Position numbers and translations under genes: made by a program. This document shows positions 37,220-46,550 of a stretch of 64,000 nt of DNA, in pieces; the stretch's first letter is position 1; each line of letters opens with the position of its first letter. Under the pieces are notes generated by a model that worked only from the letters and a program-made list of their open reading frames with translations, did not search any database and was not told the DNA's origin. Source of the DNA: Flavobacteriales bacterium (GTDB lineage Bacteria; Bacteroidota; Bacteroidia; Palsa-965); NCBI GenBank assembly GCA_040377305.1, contig JBEIPA010000004.1, forward strand, positions 1 to 64,000, read 5' to 3'.

Positions 37220-38127
37220 AATTCGCAGCAATAGATATAGGTTCCAACGCAGTACGACTACTGTTTGCCCACGTTTACGAAGGCAAAGAGGAAGCTAACT
37301 TCAAAAAAGCCGATCTGATCCGCATTCCGCTCCGTCTCGGGGAAGATGCCTTCGTGAAGAAGAAAATTTCCGAAGAGAAAATTTCCAAGCTGGTGATGGC
37401 TATGAAAGCGTTCCGTCAGCTCATTGATTTTTACGAAGTAGAAGATTACAAAGCCTGCGCAACTTCTGCCATGCGCGAAGCGACCAACTCAAAAGAGATT
37501 GTTGACCTCATTTGGAAAGAAGCAAGAATTAATATCGAAGTGATTGATGGAAAAACAGAAGCTGAAATCATTTACTCGAATCACGTTGCAGAACATCTGG
37601 AGAAGGGGGTGAATTATCTCTACATCGATGTAGGTGGGGGTAGCATGGAACTTACTTTGTTTTCACAAGGAAAAATCATTGCTTCGAAATCATTCAACAT
37701 CGGAACGATCCGTGTTCTTAACCAACTCGTCACCAAAGATCATTGGGACGGAATGAAAGAATGGATTCTGAAGAAAACTTCTGATGTGCATCCGCTCGTT
37801 GCAATTGGCAGTGGTGGTAACATCAATAAGATTTTCAAGATGTCGCGCAAGAAACAGAATCGCCCGATGTCGTACGATAAACTAAAAGAGCTCCACGATT
37901 TTCTTGCGTCCTATTCGCTCAAAGATCGCATTGAAGTTCTCGGCTTAAACCCCGATCGTGCCGATGTAATTGTTCCTGCTGGCCGTGCCTTTCTTACCGT
38001 GATGAAGACTGCGCAGATCGATCGTTTGTTCGTTCCGCAAATCGGAATGGCCGACGGTCTCATCCATCTTCTCTATGAAAATTACATGGCGAAGAAGGGA
38101 CACAAATTGGTTTTCAGTACGCGGTAG
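37216..38127 (+). CDS. ppx: Exopolyphosphatase (Ppx/GppA family)
   Basis: AAIDIGSNAVRL, ATSAMREA, DVGGGSMEL, DRADVIVPA. Confidence 0.95.
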   Translation: MKFAAIDIGSNAVRLLFAHVYEGKEEANFKKADLIRIPLRLGEDAFVKKKISEEKISKLVMAMKAFRQLIDFYEVEDYKACATSAMREATNSKEIVDLIWKEARINIEVIDGKTEAEIIYSNHVAEHLEKGVNYLYIDVGGGSMELTLFSQGKIIASKSFNIGTIRVLNQLVTKDHWDGMKEWILKKTSDVHPLVAIGSGGNINKIFKMSRKKQNRPMSYDKLKELHDFLASYSLKDRIEVLGLNPDRADVIVPAGRAFLTVMKTAQIDRLFVPQIGMADGLIHLLYENYMAKKGHKLVFSTR

Positions 38128-38180
38128 CAACAGCTCACTGATTTTTGTACTTTGGTGGCTCAACCTACAAACTCCTCTAC

Positions 38181-38474
38181 ATGAAGACCAAATTTCTTAG
38201 CTATTGCCTCGGCGCATCTGCTGTGCTTTTCTCTCTCGGATTTCTGATTCGTTCTGTTGCTCCGGCTAATGCTGCGCCAACTCCGGCAGAATTCATCGAA
38301 CAAGGAACAAACAAAATTGGTAAGTACATGATGCTCCAAAGCCCGGAGACAACCAACTACTACGAGAGCATTCTTGTGTGGGACACGGAAACCGGCACAA
38401 GCACAAGATACATGCGCAAAACAGACGGATACGTGAAAGCTTCTCAACAGCTTCCGACTTCTCCAATGGAATAA
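38181..38474 (+). CDS. Small secreted hypothetical protein
   Basis: Signal-peptide-like N-terminus; hairpin terminator at ~38488-38530. Confidence 0.65.
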   Translation: MKTKFLSYCLGASAVLFSLGFLIRSVAPANAAPTPAEFIEQGTNKIGKYMMLQSPETTNYYESILVWDTETGTSTRYMRKTDGYVKASQQLPTSPME

Positions 38475-38553
38475 TAAATGATACGATAAGAAGACGACAC
38501 GCCTTCCACGCTGTGCTGTCTTCTTTATTTATTCCAAGTACCTTTGCCTGCTT

Positions 38554-39306
38554 ATGATCCGCGTCCTTCGTGTCCTTTTCGGTATTTATGCTTTGCTGAT
38601 TTTTCCGGTAACGCTGATTGTCATGACTTTTCTGTACGTGATCATCTTCACGTGTTTCCCGAAGAAAAAATCACCGCACATCGCGCATGGATTGTCGCGA
38701 ATCTGGGCTAGACTTCTTACGATTATTTTCTTCGGTCCTGTGCGTATTCGCAACAAGCACTTCATTGACAAGAATAAAGCCTACGTGTTCGTAGCAAACC
38801 ATCAATCACAACTGGATATTCCTGCGTATGCACTTTCGTGCAAAAACACAATTCGTTTTCTCGCAAAAGCCGAGCTCACGAAAATTCCAATGATGGGCTA
38901 CATCATCAAACGGCTTTATCTTACAGTGAATCGCACAGATCGTAACGACAGAAACAAGAGCATCGAAGTCATGCGCCGATCACTTGATGAAGGGATTTCA
39001 ATTTTCCTCTGTCCGGAAGGAACACGTAACAAATTCGAAGAACCGCCTCTACTCGATTTCAGAGACGGCGCTTTTCGTTTGGCCATTGTTACACAAACTC
39101 CAATTGCTGCACTAACGTTGTTCAACACCGGAAGAAAATTGTCGCCCTTGCGCCCAATCGCGCTCGCTCCCGGAACAATTTATGGAGCTTGGAGCGAACC
39201 CATCGAAACGAAAGGAATGACTGTGGATGATGTGCCGAAACTGAAAGAGAAAATTCGCGGGCAAATGGAAGACTTGTTGCGCCAATATCGCGAGCAAAAT
39301 CAATGA
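38554..39306 (+). CDS. plsC: 1-acyl-sn-glycerol-3-phosphate acyltransferase
   Basis: NHQSQLD, FLAKAEL, PEGTR motifs. Confidence 0.9.
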   Translation: MIRVLRVLFGIYALLIFPVTLIVMTFLYVIIFTCFPKKKSPHIAHGLSRIWARLLTIIFFGPVRIRNKHFIDKNKAYVFVANHQSQLDIPAYALSCKNTIRFLAKAELTKIPMMGYIIKRLYLTVNRTDRNDRNKSIEVMRRSLDEGISIFLCPEGTRNKFEEPPLLDFRDGAFRLAIVTQTPIAALTLFNTGRKLSPLRPIALAPGTIYGAWSEPIETKGMTVDDVPKLKEKIRGQMEDLLRQYREQNQ

Positions 39307-39466
39307 CACATCGATTCGCTGAGCCGTTGATTCAATTTCAGTAATCTGACATCAAACAAAAACCTCCATTTTGCTTGTTATTCGCTGATAACACCGTGCG
39401 CTTTTAGCCGAGTGGCAGAGATTGGCGCTTCGATTTTTGCTATTTTTGCGTGGCAAAATCAAAATC

Positions 39467-40345
39467 ATGTTCCTACGAAATTTCCTCTTCTGCGCAGTTC
39501 TGGCGTCGGCCTTCATTTCCTGCAAAGACGATGAGCCCACGGATCCAACTCCGGTAACTCCAACTCCGGCGCGGATCTATTTCACATTCAAATTCGACAG
39601 TACACAGGCTCGATTAGACAATCTCGGCAACCCTGCAATTGTTCCTGCAAATCACGGAGCGCAGTCGCCGGTGTTTCGTTACATGAGCACGCACTATATT
39701 GAAATGACTACCGATATGTGGACCGCACTCGGAAGCGGAACTGTTGTGTACAATGGACCATCAACCACTGCAGGCGGACCCAACGCAATTAATTTCGACA
39801 GTTCAATTGTAGTTGGAGAGAATCAGGAAATTGTTTCTCTTCCGCTCTCTGCATTTACACCGGGAATGTACAACTACCTGCGTGTTTCATTGGCCTATCA
39901 GAATTACGATATCAAAGTTCGCGCGAACAGTTTGGATTTTACAGGGACGCTCGCATCCTTCATCGGATACAATACATACATCAGTTCGTTCAACGTAAAT
40001 ACGCAGCCGGTAGCAGTAAACGACGACAAGCTTCAAGGCTTCTGGGCGTTCGAAGCATTCTCAACTGTTACACAAGGACAAGCGCCTGCGGGAGCAACAA
40101 CAGTTCCCAATCCGCTCTTCGCAACTTCTCCTATTCCACAAGGATCTTGTGTTGTAACCGGACAGTTTGCACAACCGTTGACAATCACCGGAAACGAAAC
40201 ACAAGACATTCACGTGATTATTTCTCTCTCCACCAACGACAGTTTCGAGTGGGTAGAACACAGCACACCTGGAATTTATGAGCCACTCAATAACGATACC
40301 GTTGTTGATATGGGAATTCGTGGATTAGTTCCAATCGTTCAGTAA
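39467..40345 (+). CDS. Hypothetical lipoprotein
   Basis: Lipobox ISC followed by Pro/Thr linker. Confidence 0.8.
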   Translation: MFLRNFLFCAVLASAFISCKDDEPTDPTPVTPTPARIYFTFKFDSTQARLDNLGNPAIVPANHGAQSPVFRYMSTHYIEMTTDMWTALGSGTVVYNGPSTTAGGPNAINFDSSIVVGENQEIVSLPLSAFTPGMYNYLRVSLAYQNYDIKVRANSLDFTGTLASFIGYNTYISSFNVNTQPVAVNDDKLQGFWAFEAFSTVTQGQAPAGATTVPNPLFATSPIPQGSCVVTGQFAQPLTITGNETQDIHVIISLSTNDSFEWVEHSTPGIYEPLNNDTVVDMGIRGLVPIVQ

Positions 40346-40367
40346 GCAGATGCACCAAGCTATATTT

Positions 40368-41192
40368 ATGAAACATCTCCCGATTTTATTTTTTGCTTTG
40401 TTGCTGTTTTCCTGTGGTGAGAAAACGGGTGAAGTTGTGAACGATAGCGCTAACACCGATTCGGTTGTTACAAAATCCGCGACCGGATGGAAGGAATTGA
40501 CTGAAAGCTGGAATGCTTCTCTCAATCTGCGTAACGCATCGATCATGAAATCGTTTTACGCAGATTCTGTGTTGTACTACGGCGATCATTTGACTTCCGA
40601 TGAAGTTGTACATCGTCAGCAGGAATATTTTAGAATGAATCCGGATTACGTACAGAAGATTGTTGAATACATTGATGAAATTCAGCAACCTGATGGAAGC
40701 TGGCTCATTAAGATTACCAAACAAGTTACAGCGAACGGAAAGACGGCTGATTATCCTGCGTCTATCGTTTACGGAAATGTTGGCGGCATCTGGAAGATTG
40801 TTGCGGAGAGCGATGACATAACAGATCTCAACAAAGCGAAAAATATGCAGGCGCAATACGCTCCTGTTAAAACTACGCTGGAGGGATTGATTGAAGAAAA
40901 TACAACGTTCACTCCTGTTGCGGGCACAGATCCTAAAAGCGATGCGCGTGTTCCTTACTACGTAATCTGGTCGAAACATTCGCTTGATGTAGTTGCCACA
41001 GCAGAACAAGAGAAGAAAGGAATTCTAACAGAAGAAAACGTAGAGCGCATTCAGCTCATCGGAAGTGAAGAGCAGATCAAAAAAATGCTCAATCACAAAG
41101 TGCGCGTTACGGGAACACTCGATCACGCAACCGGAAGCGATCACTACACGAAAGTGCTGTTGAATGTGGAGTTGATTGAAGAGGTGCTCTGA
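40368..41192 (+). CDS. Lipoprotein with NTF2-like domain and DUF4431-like C-terminus
   Basis: Lipobox FSC; FYADSVLYYG..WKIVAESD; KVRVTGTLDHATGSDHYTKVLL. Confidence 0.7.
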   Translation: MKHLPILFFALLLFSCGEKTGEVVNDSANTDSVVTKSATGWKELTESWNASLNLRNASIMKSFYADSVLYYGDHLTSDEVVHRQQEYFRMNPDYVQKIVEYIDEIQQPDGSWLIKITKQVTANGKTADYPASIVYGNVGGIWKIVAESDDITDLNKAKNMQAQYAPVKTTLEGLIEENTTFTPVAGTDPKSDARVPYYVIWSKHSLDVVATAEQEKKGILTEENVERIQLIGSEEQIKKMLNHKVRVTGTLDHATGSDHYTKVLLNVELIEEVL

Positions 41193-41353
41193 TAGTCAGA
41201 GCCTCGGTACGCCGGCATTTGCAGATTAACTGCTCCGCAGATTTTTAAGGCTACTCGGCCTGACAATCAGAATCCTTGTCAGACCGAGTAATCTCGAATG
41301 ATTGCGGAGCAACTTGTTATTAACTCGTGGATGTACCGAGGGATGACAAACAA

Positions 41354-41818
41354 CTACTGACGATTCCCGTTTAGAACTGCCGATTGACGCGTCATATAAA
41401 TGATCGTTCCAATCATGAATATCATATTCGCAATCGCCCACGTGTAACAACCTAAGTAGGGTGAAACATTAGACGAGCCTCCGTAAGTAGGAACTTCATC
41501 GACAGTAAACGCCCCAAAGGAAAAAACCATTGCAATGATTGACAGAATCATTGAGGCCTGAATTACGCCCGGCCTTCTTCCGATCATGAACATGAATAAG
41601 CCAACCGCGAATGGAAAGTTTCCCAGCCAGGCTATGAATCCCAATGTACTTCCGTCAAACAACAGCATCCATCCGAATATCAACGCACCGAGCCCCGGAG
41701 TATCATCGGTGTAAGCCGGAAGCGCCAGTGCAATCAACCACAATCCTCCCGCAACGGCAGTAAAGATGGATTTTGTAGCACGTCGGCCTTGCCAGTCGGG
41801 ATAATATGCCTGATTCAT
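41354..41818 (-). CDS. Small multi-TM membrane protein
   Basis: 4-5 hydrophobic segments; LALPA, AWLGN motifs. Confidence 0.7.
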   Translation of the reverse strand: MNQAYYPDWQGRRATKSIFTAVAGGLWLIALALPAYTDDTPGLGALIFGWMLLFDGSTLGFIAWLGNFPFAVGLFMFMIGRRPGVIQASMILSIIAMVFSFGAFTVDEVPTYGGSSNVSPYLGCYTWAIANMIFMIGTIIYMTRQSAVLNGNRQ

Positions 41819-41915
41819 AGTCACCGAAGTTCGCTCTTTTCATCGGCATATCGGCACATCAGAAATCGGCGCATCGAATTTGAGTATATTTAGTCCGCTA
41901 ATAAAAACCTAAAGC

Positions 41916-42974
41916 ATGAAGCTATTCTCTACTCTCGCTGCAATTGCAGTTTGTTCTGTTTCGTTAACTGCTCAAGTCTTCAATGCTCCCGAAAGTGTTG
42001 AGTACGATGCTGCCAACAACCGCTGGTTCATTGGACAAAACGGATCGAATGTAATTCACACCTATTCTCCGGGATCAGGAACACTTTCTGCATTTGCTTC
42101 TGTGTCTTCCGGTCCGCACGGAATGGAGATCATGGGCAACACACTTTATGCCTGCGATGGTGGTTCAATCAAAGGTTTTGATTTAACAACTGGATCACAA
42201 GTCTTCAACTTAAGTCTCGGTGCTACATTTCTCAACGGACTAGCAACTGATGGATCTACGTATTTGTTCGCGACAGATTTCACTGCGAAGAATATTTACC
42301 GGATTTGTCCCTCGGCAAACACGTACAACATCATGACGTCGACAACCTATTCGCCCAACGGAATTTATTACGATGCAGCGAATGCACGTTGTGTGTTTGT
42401 AAACTGGGGAGCCAGTGCTCGTATTCAGGCTATGGCAATGTCCGATTCTACTATCACAACCTTATACACTTCTACGACAAGTAATATGGATGGAATTACG
42501 CGCGATGCTGCAGGTTACTGGTACGTTTCAACATGGGGCGGAAATGCATTGCGCATGTTCGATCCAACTTTTTCTGCTGCTCCAACATCTGTGATGACCG
42601 GATTGTCGAGCCCTGCTGATATTGATATCAATGCAGCTGGAGATTCAATCGGCATTCCGAATTCAGGAAATGCGAACAACGTTGTATTCTACGCTTTGTC
42701 CACAGGAATTCAGGCGCCGATTCAGAGTGCTGCAGGCGAAGCTTACCCGAATCCTGCAACCGAAAGCTCACGCATTGTAATCAAAGACAACGTGCAGAAC
42801 GCAACCTGCGAAGTGTACGATATGAACGGAAAACTCATCAGCAGCAAAAATTTCTCGGGCAACAGCTGCGAAATTGGCCGCGATAACATGGCCGAAGGAA
42901 CGTACATGGTTATTCTACGCGAAGGAGAAGTTGTGATTTTCCAAGGTGAAATTGTTTTCAAGGATATTGAATAG
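41916..42974 (+). CDS. SMP-30/gluconolactonase-like beta-propeller with T9SS type-A C-terminal domain
   Basis: APESVEYD, FLNGLA, SPNGIYYD, MDGI, SPADI; YPNPAT..YDMNGKLI. Confidence 0.85.
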   Translation: MKLFSTLAAIAVCSVSLTAQVFNAPESVEYDAANNRWFIGQNGSNVIHTYSPGSGTLSAFASVSSGPHGMEIMGNTLYACDGGSIKGFDLTTGSQVFNLSLGATFLNGLATDGSTYLFATDFTAKNIYRICPSANTYNIMTSTTYSPNGIYYDAANARCVFVNWGASARIQAMAMSDSTITTLYTSTTSNMDGITRDAAGYWYVSTWGGNALRMFDPTFSAAPTSVMTGLSSPADIDINAAGDSIGIPNSGNANNVVFYALSTGIQAPIQSAAGEAYPNPATESSRIVIKDNVQNATCEVYDMNGKLISSKNFSGNSCEIGRDNMAEGTYMVILREGEVVIFQGEIVFKDIE

Positions 42975-42985
42975 TATTGTATTTC

Positions 42986-43047
42986 TACCGCCGAGACGCC
43001 AAAACGCCAAGTGAATTCAAACTTGGCGTTTTGGCGTCTTAGCGGTA
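42986..43047. repeat. Long inverted repeat (CGCCAA-type)
   Basis: TACCGCCGAGACGCCAAAACGCCAAGT / ACTTGGCGTTTTGGCGTCTTAGCGGTA. Confidence 0.75.
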
Positions 43048-43137
43048 CCATTTCCCAAAGTTTGTACTTAACAAATGTTGTATTTACTACTGCATATTGT
43101 GAACTAACTTTCATACGTTAATCACAAAACAGTTGGC

Positions 43138-43824
43138 ATGGAAAAGATCAAACGCAGTGCGCGCTGGTCGGGACGATTCCTTTACCGCGCTTTTGAAGTT
43201 TTTACATTGATCCTTTCCTGTTGGATTACCTGCGCCATTCTACTGCCACAGGTACACGGCTTTGGCTTCCCGCGCAAAGAAATGAAGACCGTTGAGATTT
43301 TCATTCGCTCCAATGGCGTTCACACTGATTTCGTTTTACCGGTACACAACAAACATTTCGCTTGGGATACATTCGTTGCACCATCGGTGTGCAACGCAGA
43401 TTCAACTTACCAATACGTTGCAATTGGTTGGGGCGATAAAGGTTTTTTTCTGAACACTCCCACTTGGAATGATCTCACATTCTCTACGGCGTTTGTTGCT
43501 GCAACGGGTCTCGGAGAATCTGCCATGCACGTCGACTATCTGAAAACTGCGCCGAAGCTTGGCGAGCGAGGCAAACGGTATGACATCAGTGCCCGACAAT
43601 ACGAACTGCTGATTGCTTACATCCGGAGTTCATTCACTCTCACGGAAAACAAATCCATGCTCATCGATCACGCAGGTTATGGTAAGCGCGACAAATTCTT
43701 CGAAGCTAACGGGCGCTACAGTTTATTCATGACCTGCAACGAATGGACAGGAGACGGAATGCAAGCCGCAGAAATGCCGGTAGGAATTTGGACGCCGTTA
43801 GAGTTTGGGATTATGCAGGAATAA
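43138..43824 (+). CDS. TIGR02117/DUF2459 family protein
   Basis: SNGVHTDFVLP, IGWGDKGFF..TPTW, YSLFMTCNEW. Confidence 0.85.
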   Translation: MEKIKRSARWSGRFLYRAFEVFTLILSCWITCAILLPQVHGFGFPRKEMKTVEIFIRSNGVHTDFVLPVHNKHFAWDTFVAPSVCNADSTYQYVAIGWGDKGFFLNTPTWNDLTFSTAFVAATGLGESAMHVDYLKTAPKLGERGKRYDISARQYELLIAYIRSSFTLTENKSMLIDHAGYGKRDKFFEANGRYSLFMTCNEWTGDGMQAAEMPVGIWTPLEFGIMQE

Positions 43825-43826
43825 TA

Positions 43827-45437
43827 TTACCGCGCAATCACCAACTTCTGTCTGCTAAACTTTTCCCCTGAAACAATTTCAATAAAATAAATTCCTGCTT
43901 CAAGATTGTTCACAGCGATCTCCGACTGATTGAAATACCTGTTCACGAGTTTTCCATCTGCCGTGTAAATCTGCACGGTGTAATTTCCAACCGGTGGAGA
44001 AGCGATAATCACTTTGTCGTTTGCCGGATTCGGATAAACAGGAATCGTTGTTTCAACGGTCTCCTCCACACTTAACACAAAGCTGCACGAAGCGTTAATG
44101 TCGGCTTGCGATAAATATCCGGAGCGATGAACGTCCTGACGAAACATGAGCCACTCCGGACATTGTCCATAACCGGCTTCGAACATAAATGCTTTACCTG
44201 TGTTTTGTGAATCGGGAGTGTATGTTCCGTATCCGCCCACTACGAAAACATCCATTCTTCCATTGTGATCGAAATCGGCAACCAGTGGACCATGATCAAC
44301 CATGAAGTAAGGCAACCCCGGAGGAAATTGACTCAACACGTTCGTTTGCCAGATCAGACCATTGTACGGTTCAACGGCTATGATGTCGCCCATGTAATAT
44401 CCGGCAACAAGATCAAGCGTGTCATTACCATTGATATCGGCAATCGCACAACTGCGGAAAGAAGAAAAGGTGGTAGGAAATGACCACTCCGTGTTTCCTG
44501 TTGCTCCATCGAGGACCCAGATGCGCTCATCAAACGTCACCCAGTCGTTGTTACACACCACAACTTCCATAGAACCATCTGCGTCAAGATCAGCAATAGA
44601 AACGGGTGCCATACAACTCATCGGCATCAAGCGGGTCCATTGTGTTGTACCGTCTGCTATGTTCAACGCGCGCACCATTCCGTTGTTGGAACCAATCACA
44701 TACTCGAGTGTAGCATCGCCATCGATGTCGGCAACTGCACCGCCGTGATACGCGTTGTACGTAGAAGAAGTATCGTTGAGATAGTTCGTCCAGATGATTC
44801 CTTCACTCGTATAATCGTATGCCCATACATAAAGTCCGGTGTTATTATAATGATTGGCAACGATGATGTCGAGCATGCCGTCGTTGTTTACATCGACAAG
44901 TGTTGGTTCCGTTTGAACGGGTCCGTTGTCTACCTGAATATTTTTATCCGTAGAGCCGTCTTCTCCATTGTAGACACGCAACTGTCCGCTGAAATTGCAG
45001 AAGAATATTTCGGCGAGACTGTCTCCATCCATATCCGCAATAGTGGGTGGAGAATCGCCTCCACCGGAAGGCATGCTCCACTGCAGCGCACCGGTTGCAC
45101 CATTGATGCAGAAGATTGTTGGATTACACGAGCCGTTGATGATCACATCGAGCGTGTCGTCGTTGTCCACGTCATAAATGATTGGAGCTACATCTCCACA
45201 ACCGCCGATGTCGTAAATCCATTTCACAGATCCGTCTTCGGCATTCAGGCAATGCGCGCGTCCGTCGTTCGTGTAGGTTGTAAAAACGATTTCATAAAAA
45301 CCATCGTTGTCCATATCCGCAGCAGCAGCCGAGCCGAAAGCAGGTGCGCCGGTGTAATATTGCCAGTTGATGGTTGGGAATTGTGCGTGAAGTGTTGCGG
45401 TAAACAGCAACACGGGTAGAAGTAAGTATTTTTTCAT
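43827..45437 (-). CDS. FG-GAP/PQQ-like beta-propeller protein with T9SS type-A C-terminal domain
   Basis: Repeated ADxDxDGxxEI units; VYPNPAND..GIYFI..KLVIAR. Confidence 0.85.
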   Translation of the reverse strand: MKKYLLLPVLLFTATLHAQFPTINWQYYTGAPAFGSAAAADMDNDGFYEIVFTTYTNDGRAHCLNAEDGSVKWIYDIGGCGDVAPIIYDVDNDDTLDVIINGSCNPTIFCINGATGALQWSMPSGGGDSPPTIADMDGDSLAEIFFCNFSGQLRVYNGEDGSTDKNIQVDNGPVQTEPTLVDVNNDGMLDIIVANHYNNTGLYVWAYDYTSEGIIWTNYLNDTSSTYNAYHGGAVADIDGDATLEYVIGSNNGMVRALNIADGTTQWTRLMPMSCMAPVSIADLDADGSMEVVVCNNDWVTFDERIWVLDGATGNTEWSFPTTFSSFRSCAIADINGNDTLDLVAGYYMGDIIAVEPYNGLIWQTNVLSQFPPGLPYFMVDHGPLVADFDHNGRMDVFVVGGYGTYTPDSQNTGKAFMFEAGYGQCPEWLMFRQDVHRSGYLSQADINASCSFVLSVEETVETTIPVYPNPANDKVIIASPPVGNYTVQIYTADGKLVNRYFNQSEIAVNNLEAGIYFIEIVSGEKFSRQKLVIAR

Positions 45438-45548
45438 AGGGGTCTATCGATTCACTAAATATAGCGAATACAGACGAGCCTGAAAAAAATGTGCTATCGG
45501 ACACCTTCATTGCCCAATAGCACATTAGCATATCATTTCAATTGCTGA

Positions 45549-46211
45549 TTACTTCATTTTATCCTTAAACACCTTCTTGAACTTCTCCACCTTGGGCTTC
45601 ACTACATACTGGCAATAACTTTCGTTACCGTTCTGGTTGTAATAGTTCTGGTGATAATCTTCCGCTTTATAGAAAGTAGTAGCCGCAGATATTTCAGTTA
45701 CAATCGGAGCACCCCAGGTATTTTCCTTCGTGAGCTCGGCTTTATAGTGCTCGGCTTTTTTCTTCTGCTCGTCGTTGTGGTAATAAATCACCGAGCGGTA
45801 TTGAGTTCCGTGATCAGCGCCCTGACGATTCAATTGTGTAGGATCATGCGATTGCCAGAAGGCAGCGAGCATTTCGTCGTAGCTGATTTTCGTGGTATCA
45901 AATACAATCTGACAAACTTCTGCGTGACCGGTTGTTCCCGTACATACCTCCTTGTAAGTTGGATTTTTCACGGCACCTCCGCTGTACCCCGATGCAATAG
46001 AAATTACTCCGTCGAGTAGTTGAAACTGCGCTTCAACACACCAGAAACATCCTGCGCCGAACGTTGCTGTATCATATACTGGATTCATGATAGTCATAGA
46101 TTCTTTTTTTGTGCTGTCAGTTTTCGTGCTGTCGTCAGAACCCGTCTGCGCACACGCCGTAAATGAACCGGCGGTGAGAACTGTTGCGAATATGGAAAGC
46201 AGTTTTTTCAT
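45549..46211 (-). CDS. msrA: Peptide methionine sulfoxide reductase A (lipoprotein-like N-terminus)
   Basis: GAGCFWCVE, GHAEV, HDPT..NRQG, AEDYHQNY. Confidence 0.96.
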   Translation of the reverse strand: MKKLLSIFATVLTAGSFTACAQTGSDDSTKTDSTKKESMTIMNPVYDTATFGAGCFWCVEAQFQLLDGVISIASGYSGGAVKNPTYKEVCTGTTGHAEVCQIVFDTTKISYDEMLAAFWQSHDPTQLNRQGADHGTQYRSVIYYHNDEQKKKAEHYKAELTKENTWGAPIVTEISAATTFYKAEDYHQNYYNQNGNESYCQYVVKPKVEKFKKVFKDKMK

Positions 46212-46285
46212 ACTTCAATTACGAGTAAAGTTCCGGTTTTGGTTCATGGGAAGCAACACTTTTTAACACCCGGGATGTAGATCTT

Positions 46286-46474
46286 GGAACGCGGATTTTG
46301 ATGCTTGCCTGGTGTTAGTAGCACAAATGGATTATCAGGGTGACTTGAACGTTCAGGCTTAGGATTTTATGAGATAAACTCAAGCTTATCTCATAAAATC
46401 CAATACCCGCTAAGAGTAGCTACCAAACCGATCCGAGCGGACTAGCAACCAAAGGACATCAAAATCCGCGTTCC
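46286..46474. repeat. Nested palindrome (MITE/REPIN-like)
   Basis: 18-bp perfect outer inverted repeat and 16-bp perfect inner inverted repeat (46362-46401). Confidence 0.75.
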
Positions 46475-46550
46475 TTTTCCAGCTCTAGACGTCGTACCAT
46501 TTCGCGTTCCTTTCTAGTCTCAATCTAAAACCGGAACTTGTGCGAAGGCA

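Noticed and set aside
44640-45419. 259-aa ORF antisense to the FG-GAP protein
   Set aside because: Shadow of a repetitive sense gene
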